DNA of 64,000 nt from a virus. Shown here in pieces: positions 10,660 through 19,412 of the stretch; the stretch's first letter is position 1, and each line of letters begins with the position of its first letter. Both the position numbers and the translations under genes were made by a program. The stretch lies in the IMG/VR virus record IMGVR_UViG_3300045988_126112, positions 128,001-192,000 of that record; one strand, written 5' to 3'. The notes under the pieces were generated by a model. It was given only the letters and a program-made list of their open reading frames with translations, was not told the DNA's origin and ran no database searches.

Positions 10660-10917
10660 TTACATGTTTTTCTTTACACTTTTCTTTTTATCTATATTAT
10701 GTGTAATTGAACAATAATGCCAATTTTCACATCTATACATTCGACCTCCATTACTATCTACATCATATAGTATCCATTCTTTCCCACAATAAGGACATAT
10801 ACCTTTATTCCATTGTTTTTTCTCTTTTCTTATATCAGATATCATTGAACCTATAAGACATACAATTACAAATACTATTAACCATTGCATATACCTATAC
10901 CCCCTGTCTCTTATCAA
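10660..10917 (-). CDS. membrane-anchored zinc-ribbon-like protein
   Basis: 85 aa. An N-terminal TM helix (WLIVFVIVCLIGSMI) is followed by WNKGICPYCG...CENWHYC. It is a paralog of 10895-11161. AGGGGG RBS. Confidence 0.8.
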   Translation of the reverse strand: MIRDRGYRYMQWLIVFVIVCLIGSMISDIRKEKKQWNKGICPYCGKEWILYDVDSNGGRMYRCENWHYCSITHNIDKKKSVKKNM

Positions 10918-11161
10918 AGTTATAAGTCATTTCACACATATGTCCTTCTTTACATAAGTATATTCTTTTTTCTGTTAAATTATAATCTTCTTCAGATGTA
11001 TGATATATCCATGCATTTCCACATTTTCTACATATACCTTTATTCCATTCTCTTTTTTCTTTTAGTATAGTATATAGTATACCACCTACTATAAAAGATA
11101 CTAAACCTCCACAAAATATTAAAGCTACAATATCTACTATTTGATCTGTATTCATATACAT
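10895..11161 (-). CDS. membrane-anchored zinc-ribbon-like protein (tandem paralog)
   Basis: 88 aa. A TM helix (VALIFCGGLVSFIVGGILYTI) is followed by WNKGICRKCG...CKEGHMC. It overlaps the next gene by 23 nt. The start could instead be the ATG at 11155. Confidence 0.8.
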   Translation of the reverse strand: MYMNTDQIVDIVALIFCGGLVSFIVGGILYTILKEKREWNKGICRKCGNAWIYHTSEEDYNLTEKRIYLCKEGHMCEMTYNFDKRQGV

Positions 11162-11168
11162 ATACCTC

Positions 11169-11399
11169 CTATTTTCTTCTTTCTTCTAGATTGATTATTT
11201 TACATTCTTCTTTTATTCCCTTTCTTTTACTATCATATTTATTACATATACTAGCATGTATAATAGGATACTCTATAAGTTTCCTATTTATACTACACAT
11301 ACATGTTGCATTAAATATGTACGTATTAGAATGTTTACACTTCCTACAATCCTTTAAGTATTGATTACCTTTACACTTCTTAACTATTTTCTTTATCAT
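11169..11399 (-). CDS. small Cys/Lys-rich protein
   Basis: 76 aa with 7 Cys (KKCKG, DCRKCKH, TCMC, ...). GGAGG lies 9 nt upstream of ATG 11399. Confidence 0.75.
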   Translation of the reverse strand: MIKKIVKKCKGNQYLKDCRKCKHSNTYIFNATCMCSINRKLIEYPIIHASICNKYDSKRKGIKEECKIINLEERRK

Positions 11400-11449
11400 A
11401 AGCTATGTCCTCCTTTATTTATATAAAAGTACTTATTTTATTACATTAA

Positions 11450-11458
11450 TATAATATA
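11450..11458 (-). promoter_or_regulatory. phage promoter-like motif TATATTATA (minus strand)
   Basis: The plus strand reads TATAATATA, which is TATATTATA on the minus strand. It lies 50 nt upstream of ATG 11399, at the head of the leftward unit. Confidence 0.4.
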
Positions 11459-11510
11459 TAAAAGAAAATAATATTAAAAAATATTTTTTTACAATGTAAC
11501 TAACATTTCG

Positions 11511-11817
11511 ATAAGAAGGAGGACATAGGGGTGGGCGGTCGGGAAAGATTGTGAATGGGATAAATGATAGAGAAGAGTGAAGGATAAGAGTGAAGACAAG
11601 GGAACAGGAAGAAAAGACCCGACCCGAGAGGGGAGGGAGATAAGCAGTAACAAGATAGATACGATAGAAAAGAGAGATAGATAAGAGAGAAAGGGAATAG
11701 AACGTGAAAATGAAAGAAAAGAGAGATACAAGGAGTGAAAGGGAGTAATGGATCCTGGGAACTAGAGAACTTAGGAACAGGGAACTTGAAGTTAAGGAAT
11801 GGGTAGAGAAGAACAGG
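11511..11817. other. 307-bp polypurine (GA-rich) non-coding tract
   Basis: My hand count on the + strand is roughly A 136, G 109, T 38, C 24, which is about 80% purine and about 43% G+C. There are 17 GGA triplets. No credible ORF is present; only a low-complexity S/L/F antisense ORF at 11489-11731. Confidence 0.85.
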
Positions 11818-11873
11818 CTTTTATCAAATAGAAAAAATAAACATTAATATAAGTAAAAAAGGAGGTAAAGGAA

Positions 11874-12149
11874 ATGTTAGTAAACAATATAAAAGATATA
11901 GAATATAAAAAAGTATATGGAATAGTCGATGATAAAGGAATAAAAAGACTATATATACTAGCAGAAGAGAATGAATGTAATATGAAATTCTCAAGAGTAT
12001 TAGTAATACAAAATAATAATAAAAATAGATTAGCAATGGAAGATAGTAGACATAGACATGGATTAAAAATCTATACTAAAAAGAAATTAAAACAAATGGT
12101 TGAAAGTGGACAAATAGAAGAATTAGTAGAATTAAAAGTTCATGAATAA
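11874..12149 (+). CDS. hypothetical protein
   Basis: 91 aa. AAGGAGG RBS upstream of ATG 11874. Confidence 0.8.
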   Translation: MLVNNIKDIEYKKVYGIVDDKGIKRLYILAEENECNMKFSRVLVIQNNNKNRLAMEDSRHRHGLKIYTKKKLKQMVESGQIEELVELKVHE

Positions 12150-12155
12150 TATTAT

Positions 12156-12191
12156 AAAGGATATAGTAAATATATCCTTTATTTTTATTTT
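12156..12191 (+). terminator. intrinsic terminator
   Basis: Stem AAAGGATATA/TATATCCTTT followed by ATTTTTATTTT. Confidence 0.7.
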
Positions 12192-12211
12192 GTCAAGGAG
12201 GTGGTATACTA

Positions 12212-15200
12212 ATGATATTATTAGATGAAGTACAAAAAATGAAATTAATAAAGAAACCATTTTATTTACCTTTAAATAAAGATAAGAAACATGGTAAAGC
12301 AGTATTATTAATGACTCCAATGTATGATAGTACTATAAGATTATTAAATAATCCATTAATAATAAAGAAACATTATGAATCATATTATTTAGAAAGAGAT
12401 ATGATGTATGTAATTAATCATGAAGGACATATAGATTATGATGCTACAGATGGATTGATTAATGAATATAATGATATTCTAGATGATATTAATGAAGCTA
12501 CATTAGCTAATCCTTATATAGGAAACTATAGTAATAATCTTAAAGAAAAGAATAAAGTAAGAAAAAGAAAGATGAGAAAATCTATTCATAAAATGAATAG
12601 AATAGGAAATTATGAAAAAAATAATGTAGGAATAGAAGGAGATAAAAAAGCTATAGGTAAAGAAGTAGTTAAAGATGATCCAGATAAGATATCAGATGAT
12701 AAATCAGTAGAAGAAATTTATGTTGGATATTCTGGAGATATGTATGTAGAAGATAATAATTCTCTTATAAGATATAATATAGGAGATAATAAGAATCTAT
12801 TATATATATTAGAAGCAGATCAAATATATAATAATCAATTAAAGAAATTATTATATAATGATAGAATGAAACAAAAAGGAGAATTGTTTGATATCTATAA
12901 TATGATTAAACAAGATGTAGATTATATCAAATATTGCTATATAGATATTAATAAATATAAAGCAAGAAATATGTTTATTGATACATTCTATTATAATGAA
13001 ATATTCTTAAATAAGAATGTATGGAAAAGAGATAAAGCTATTAATTTATACTTTGATTTAATGGATAGATTCTTAGATAATCCTAAAATAGAAAAAGATT
13101 ATGGTAGAATAGAAACAGTATTAGTACCAGTATTAGAATGGGTAAGAGAAGATGATGATTTAGATTTTACAAAGAGTATAAATTTCGTATCTATGGTATT
13201 AAGATTATTAAAGAATAAAGCTCATAATTCTTTACTTAATAAATGGAGAGGAATAAACTTTGTATTTATGACTAGTAAAGGATATTTTACTTGTGATTTA
13301 GGTTCTTTAGAAGGAAAAAGAGATAAAGCTAAATTTAGAGTATTACTTAGTAAATTAATTAATGGTGATAGTATTCAAGATGAAGGTAAAGAAGATTCAC
13401 CAGGAGCTATTAAACAAGCTATTACAGATAAAATAGAAGATGATGCTAAGATAAAACTTTATAATGCAACTGGAGATGCTGATAAAAAAGAAGCTAGTAA
13501 GAAAGAATTAGAAGAAAAGATAGATAAAGCTGCTGAATTATCATCTTCAGTAGATGGAGCATTAGATAAATTAGATGATGATGAAAGAGTTAAACAAATC
13601 TTAATGGATTTAGCTGCAGAAGAAGAAAATAAAGTTAAACTTAATGCTGCTAGAACTTCAAGAATGTTAAAAGCACAAGACAAATCAATGGAAAAAGTTA
13701 TTAATGGTAGATCAATAAGAGATATATTATCAGCTCAAAAAGAAGAAGTTGAAATACCTGAAACATCAATAAATATAGATTCAGTAAATGATGAATGGAA
13801 ACATATGACATTTATGAATTTTGAAGATGCTTATAATATAGATGAAGACATAATGGCTATTATATATTCATTCTCAGAAAAATCAGATCCAATAGCTATA
13901 TTAGATGTTGATGTACAAGACACTTCAACTTCTGAAGATAAAAAAGAAACTTATACAGTTAAAATGGAAGATGCTCAAGGTAAAAGATTTACTATTAAAT
14001 TTGATATACCTAAATTTATAGATAATAAATTCATGTTACTTAGAGGTAATGAAAAGACTATGAATGGGCAATTAACTTTAATACCAATATGTAAAACAGA
14101 TGAAGATACAGTACAAATTGTTTCAAACTATAAGAAAATATTTGTTCATCCATATGGTTCATCAGTAGGAAAATCAATGCCATCAGCAGATGTATTATAT
14201 AAATACTTAAATAAATATGATGGCAAAGATATAAAAATAGTTCCAGGTGATAATACTAAAACATGTCATAAATATGATTTACCAATAGACTATATAGATT
14301 TAGCTAAAGTATATAATACTATAGAAACTGATAAATATATCATATATTTTAATCAAGATGCTATAAGAGAAAAATATAAAGTTGATGATAAAGAAGAAGG
14401 TATTCCATTAGCAGTAGAAAAAGCTACAGGTAAAGTAAGATATTATCGTGGAGCTGCTGATACAACATGTACAAGTGCTATAATAAGTTTATTATGCCAA
14501 TCTAAAAATGGTGATAAACATAGAGAAGGAATTAATAATCAAAAGATTGCTAATAAGTATATGTATAGTAAAGCTAATATACTTAATGTAAAAATACCAT
14601 TAATAGTTATAATGGCTCATTCAGAAGGATTAGAAGAATCAATGAAAAAAGGTAATATTAATTATAGTATACAAGAAAAGAGATATAAACCAAATATGTA
14701 TGAAGATGTAATTAAATTTAAAGATGCATATATTGTTTATAGAGTAGATTATAATTCATCTTTATTAATGAATGGTCTTAAAGAATGTCCAACTGAAGAA
14801 TATTCAATTAAAGAAATGAATAATAAATCAATGTATATAGATTTCTTAGAATTATATGGTGGTAGAATATTATCAGATGGTCTAGACAACTTCTATGACT
14901 TAATGATAGATCCAATAACTAAAGAAGTTCTTGAATATTATAAACTTCCAACTGATTATTGTGAATTATTAGCTTATGCTAACTTCTTATTAGCTGATAA
15001 TAAATATGTAAAACATACAGATATGCGTTCAAGAAGATATAGAACTAATGAATTAGTTGCTGGTTATGCTTATCAAGCTCTTTCAGAATCTTACGGAGCA
15101 TACAAAACTGAACTTAAAAAACGTGGTACAGCTACAATGACAATAAAACAAACTGCTATTATAGATAAAGTAATGCTTGACCCAACTTGTGCAGATTTAT

Positions 15201-16729
15201 CATCATTAAATGATTTACAAAATGCTGAAGCTATAAATTCTGCAACATATAAAGGATTAGCTGGAATGAACTATGATAGATCTTATGATTTGGATAAACG
15301 TTCTTATGACCCATCAATGCTAAATCTTATAGGAATGGCTACAGGATTTGCTGGTAATGTTGGTTTAACAAGACAAACTACTATGGATATGAATATAGAA
15401 GGTAAAAGAGGATATGTTAAAACTATAGATGGTGATACTAGTCAATTATCAGTAACCAAATCATTCTGTCCTACTGAAGGATTAACTCCATTTGGGGCTA
15501 CAAGAGATGACCCATTTAGATCTGCGATGAACTTTATTCAAACTAGTAAACATGGTATGAGAATAAAGAATGCTATGCCATTATTAATGAGTAATGGTAC
15601 TGATATGGCATTACCATATTTAACTTCAAATACATTCTCTTTCAATGCTAAAGCTAATGGCAAAGTTATTGAAATTACTAATGATTATATGATAGTAGAA
15701 TATAAACTTACTAAAGAAGAAAAAGAAAGAGGATTACCAGAAAAAGATTTTATAGATTTAAGAAATACAATCAAGAAAAACTCTAATGGTGGATTCTATC
15801 AAGCAATAAAATTAGATACAGATTTAAAAGTAGGAAATACTTTTAAGAAGAATGAAGTAATAGCATATGATAAATTATCATATTCATCTAAAGTAGGTAA
15901 TACAGGAGATTTATCATATAATTTAGGTGCATTATGTAAAGTTGCTATGCTTACAACAGATGAAGGATTTGAAGATAGTGCCATAATATCTGAATGGTTA
16001 TCAGATGCATTAGCATCTAGAGTTGTTGTTAAAAAAGAATATGTATTACCAAAGAATACTAATATATATTACATGGCTAAAAAAGGTCAAGAGATTCAAG
16101 AAGGAGAACCTTTAATGATTTTCCAAAATGCATTTGAAGATGATGATGTAAATTTATTATTAAAGAATCTTAGTGATGATGAAGAACTTATATCAGATTT
16201 AGGTCGTGTTCCAATTCGTTCTAAAGTTACAGGAAGAATAGAAGATATAAAAGTATATCGTACTGTAGAAAAAGATGAATTATCAGAATCTTTAAGAAAA
16301 GAAGTTAATAAAATAGAAAAACCTATAAATGATATTAAGAAAGCTATGAATAATACAGATACTTATGATGCTAGTAAACTTGAACCAACATATGTACTTG
16401 AAAAAAGTGGTAAATTAAAAAATGTTGATGAAGGTGTATTAGTTGAATTCTATTTATCTTATTATGATAAGATGTCTGTTGGAGATAAACTTATATATTA
16501 TTCAGCATGTAAAGGTGTTGTAAAAGATATATTCCCAGCAGGAAAAGAACCTTATTCATTATTTAGACCTGATGAAAAGATTCATACATTAGTTCCTTAT
16601 TTTGGTGTAGCAAATCGTATAGTTTGCTCAATAGTGAATACTATACCTATGAATAAAGTATTAATAGAATTAGATAGAGCAGTTAAAGATTTATGTGATA
16701 TTCCATATAAATATTTAGATGAAGAGTAA
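12212..16729 (+). CDS. multisubunit RNA polymerase beta-like subunit (long N-terminal extension; lacks the canonical beta C-terminal region)
   Basis: 1505 aa. [26 protein letters not shown] aligns with bacterial beta [34 protein letters not shown] aligns with [32 protein letters not shown] aligns with [26 protein letters not shown] aligns with [32 protein letters not shown] aligns with RDVH..HYGR.CPIETPEG.NIGL. Confidence 0.85.
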   Translation: [1505 protein letters not shown]

Positions 16730-16734
16730 CAATA

Positions 16735-16768
16735 ATACCCAAGAGTATACTCTTGGGTATATTTTTTT
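16735..16768 (+). terminator. intrinsic terminator
   Basis: Palindrome ATACCCAAGAGTA/TACTCTTGGGTAT followed by ATTTTTTT. Confidence 0.8.
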
Positions 16769-16810
16769 ATTATGCTCAAAACTATGAATTAAATAAAAGG
16801 AGGTATTTTA

Positions 16811-16891
16811 ATGGAGGTAATAGAATCAATTGGCATTTGTATAGTTGTATTATGTTTTATAATATTTGCTATATTCTTATTTAAAAATTAG
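16811..16891 (+). CDS. micro-ORF, single-TM hydrophobic peptide (26 aa)
   Basis: Hand-translated as MEVIESIGICIVVLCFIIFAIFLFKN. GGAGG lies 7 nt upstream. Confidence 0.5.
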   Translation: MEVIESIGICIVVLCFIIFAIFLFKN

Positions 16892-16903
16892 GAGGAAAAG
16901 AAA

Positions 16904-17377
16904 ATGGAAGAAAATAAAAGTATATTTGAAAGATTTCAAGAGTGCGTACAAAGAGATGATTTTAGTAGTGTAAGTGATGATGAATTAACTTGGATGATTG
17001 ATTATTTTACATCTTATTCATTAGGAAAAGATAAAGATGGTGATGAATTAGCTCTTCATTCATTAAGAAGACTTAGTAAAGAATATGCTAGAAGAACAGC
17101 TATGTTATTAACTATGAGTATGGAAAATTTAGAAGAATGTTTTAAAACAGCAATAGAAAATAATTCAAAATACATTGCTGTTAAAATAGAAACTAGAGGC
17201 TCAGAAGGAGCTGAAATAATAATAAATCCTAGATGTAATTTTGAATCTAAACTTGAATATTATAAGAAAGCTTATACTGATGACTTAGTACTTAAAACTT
17301 ATGATGGAATAAGAATCATAGGATTCTGTGATAGCGATACTTTTGATTTTATAGATTTCATGCTAGGGGATGATTAA
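16904..17377 (+). CDS. hypothetical protein
   Basis: 157 aa. TAGGAGG RBS. Confidence 0.85.
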   Translation: MEENKSIFERFQECVQRDDFSSVSDDELTWMIDYFTSYSLGKDKDGDELALHSLRRLSKEYARRTAMLLTMSMENLEECFKTAIENNSKYIAVKIETRGSEGAEIIINPRCNFESKLEYYKKAYTDDLVLKTYDGIRIIGFCDSDTFDFIDFMLGDD

Positions 17378-17378
17378 T

Positions 17379-17471
17379 ATGAATAAAAGAAAGAAAACTG
17401 AAAGAAATACTTGTATAGCTTGTATAGCAATATTCACAATATTGCTATTACTTTTATTAAAATATTATTAG
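17379..17471 (+). CDS. micro-ORF, basic N-terminus plus a single TM helix (30 aa)
   Basis: Hand-translated as MNKRKKTERNTCIACIAIFTILLLLLLKYY. AGGGGA lies 8 nt upstream. It starts 1 nt after the stop of the previous gene. Confidence 0.5.
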   Translation: MNKRKKTERNTCIACIAIFTILLLLLLKYY

Positions 17472-17483
17472 GAGGAATGTAAT

Positions 17484-18206
17484 ATGAATAATAATAGAGA
17501 GTATTTGAGTATGTATTTTAAAGATATTGAAAAAGTTCAAAATTATGCTATAAATAATGATGTTAAAGAAACTTTTGATAAATGTTTACTATTGTTAAGT
17601 AAATTTAAAGAAGAGTTTTGTAATTATGGTTCATTGTACGGTGCTGAATCTATCTGTGAATCATATTTTTATAGAATAGGATTTATAATCATTGAAAATG
17701 AATTGAAAGGTAAAGAAAGATATGTTATAGAAAAAGTACAAAGTTGTATCGAAAGAGTAAAATGGACTATTAATATCTTATATAAACTTGAAGAGCAAGA
17801 TAAAGATATTGATGATTATTTTGACGGTATATTAAGAACTACTTTTGATGAAGAAAATGGTACATTAAAACCACTTACTGAAAATTTAAATGGGTTATTA
17901 AAAGCATATAGAGATGAATATTCAGATAGAATAAATATAGTAAGAGAAGAGACTGATTTATATGGCTCAGTTTTAAGACGAAAAAAAATATATGACTATT
18001 ATATTGGTTTTTATCAAAATATGTTAAAGAATTATGTTCCTGGAGAATATATGAATACTGTAGCAACTAGATGTATGTATGCTGTTGAACATTTACGTGA
18101 AAATAAAGTATATGTAAATGCATTACTTGATGGAAGTTGCCCAACAATTTATAAACCATATTATGGTGATAAATTTCTTGAATGCTGTAGAGTAATAGAA
18201 ATATAG
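17484..18206 (+). CDS. hypothetical protein
   Basis: 240 aa. TAGGAGG RBS. It ends in TAG, which is followed by the next RBS. Confidence 0.85.
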   Translation: MNNNREYLSMYFKDIEKVQNYAINNDVKETFDKCLLLLSKFKEEFCNYGSLYGAESICESYFYRIGFIIIENELKGKERYVIEKVQSCIERVKWTINILYKLEEQDKDIDDYFDGILRTTFDEENGTLKPLTENLNGLLKAYRDEYSDRINIVREETDLYGSVLRRKKIYDYYIGFYQNMLKNYVPGEYMNTVATRCMYAVEHLRENKVYVNALLDGSCPTIYKPYYGDKFLECCRVIEI

Positions 18207-18216
18207 GAGTGATAAT

Positions 18217-18561
18217 ATGTATGTGGTTAAACGTAAAGAATTAATGGAATTAATAGAGAAGCAAAATAGAATTATATATTCATGCGTCTATGGTACTTCT
18301 ATAGAAGGATTATATATTGGATTCTATTTTAATTCATCTGATTTTGGTACAGTAGATTTGATTGATAATGTTGATTGTGATTCTGTTGATGATTTATATA
18401 TGATGAAAGAAACTAAACAACATTTTAAATTTGATTTAGATTGTGCTCAAAGAGAAGGAATATATGATGATAATAAAGAATATGTGGTATATGAGAAAAA
18501 TGATATAGAATCTCTTATACATGTATTAAATAATATATTGGGTGATTATGAATTTAAATAG
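18217..18561 (+). CDS. hypothetical protein
   Basis: 114 aa. TAGGAG RBS. Confidence 0.85.
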   Translation: MYVVKRKELMELIEKQNRIIYSCVYGTSIEGLYIGFYFNSSDFGTVDLIDNVDCDSVDDLYMMKETKQHFKFDLDCAQREGIYDDNKEYVVYEKNDIESLIHVLNNILGDYEFK

Positions 18562-18572
18562 GAGGTTGCAAT

Positions 18573-19235
18573 ATGAGAGGAAAAATTATAGACTTTGAAG
18601 GATTAGATGCAAGTTTCAAAGAAACTAATGTAAAAGCTCTACATACTTATCTTTTAGGAAATGGTATAAAAGCTAATTATGTTTCTTTTCCAAGACACAA
18701 TACAGCAGAAGGAACTTTTGTAGATAAATTTCTTCAAGGTAAATATGGGAATATAGATAGAAAGATAGTTGCAACTATGTTTGCATTAGATAGATTTGAC
18801 TATATTAAATGCGAAGATGTTGTAAAAAGAGTTGAAGAAGGTGAATGGTTCATATTTGATAGATATACACCTTCAAGTGTAATATATCAAACTGCTGAAG
18901 TTTCAAATTTAAAGAAAAGAAGAAATGAGCAAATGGATATACTTGAATATGAATATGTAAAACTTGAAATACCTGAACCTGATATTGTATTAGCTATGTA
19001 TTCTGATTATGATATGATGCTTAAAGCTATAAAAGATAGAGGTGAAGATAAAGATATATTTGAAAGTAATGCTGCTTATCTAAAGAAAGTTCATGATTGT
19101 TTTACTCAAGCTATAGAAGATTATGATTGGGTAAGAATTAATACCTATTCTGATCTTTCTGAACGTATATTTAAATCAAAGATAACTTTATTTGAAGAAA
19201 TAATTCAGACTCTTAAAGCTGAAAAGATATTATAA
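18573..19235 (+). CDS. tmk: thymidylate (dNMP) kinase-like protein with a degenerate P-loop
   Basis: 220 aa. IIDFEGLDASFKETN aligns with the Tmk P-loop ..EG.DG.GK(S/T)T. FDRYTPSSVIYQ aligns with Tmk DRY..S..AYQ. Confidence 0.6.
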   Translation: MRGKIIDFEGLDASFKETNVKALHTYLLGNGIKANYVSFPRHNTAEGTFVDKFLQGKYGNIDRKIVATMFALDRFDYIKCEDVVKRVEEGEWFIFDRYTPSSVIYQTAEVSNLKKRRNEQMDILEYEYVKLEIPEPDIVLAMYSDYDMMLKAIKDRGEDKDIFESNAAYLKKVHDCFTQAIEDYDWVRINTYSDLSERIFKSKITLFEEIIQTLKAEKIL

Positions 19236-19358
19236 AAAAATATCTTAATAACAATAAAGTATATAAATCATTAGTTTTCCTTTTTTGTAGAGAGGGAATG
19301 ACTAAGACAGTCATCGACAAAATAATAAATAATTTAAACGACCTTTCAATAGTTTCAA

Positions 19359-19395
19359 ACCCATCAAGTTGTAGAGACTTGATGGGTAATTTTTT
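19359..19395 (+). terminator. intrinsic terminator
   Basis: Stem ACCCATCAAGT/ACTTGATGGGT followed by AATTTTTT. Confidence 0.75.
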
Positions 19396-19412
19396 ATAGG
19401 AGGTATAAGGTT

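Noticed and set aside
10885-12320. Track ORFs 10885-11070 (+), 11489-11731 (-), 11824-12036 (-) and 12132-12320 (-)
   Set aside because: They are low-complexity, lack an RBS, and either run antisense to well-supported genes or lie within the polypurine tract. They look like compositional artefacts.
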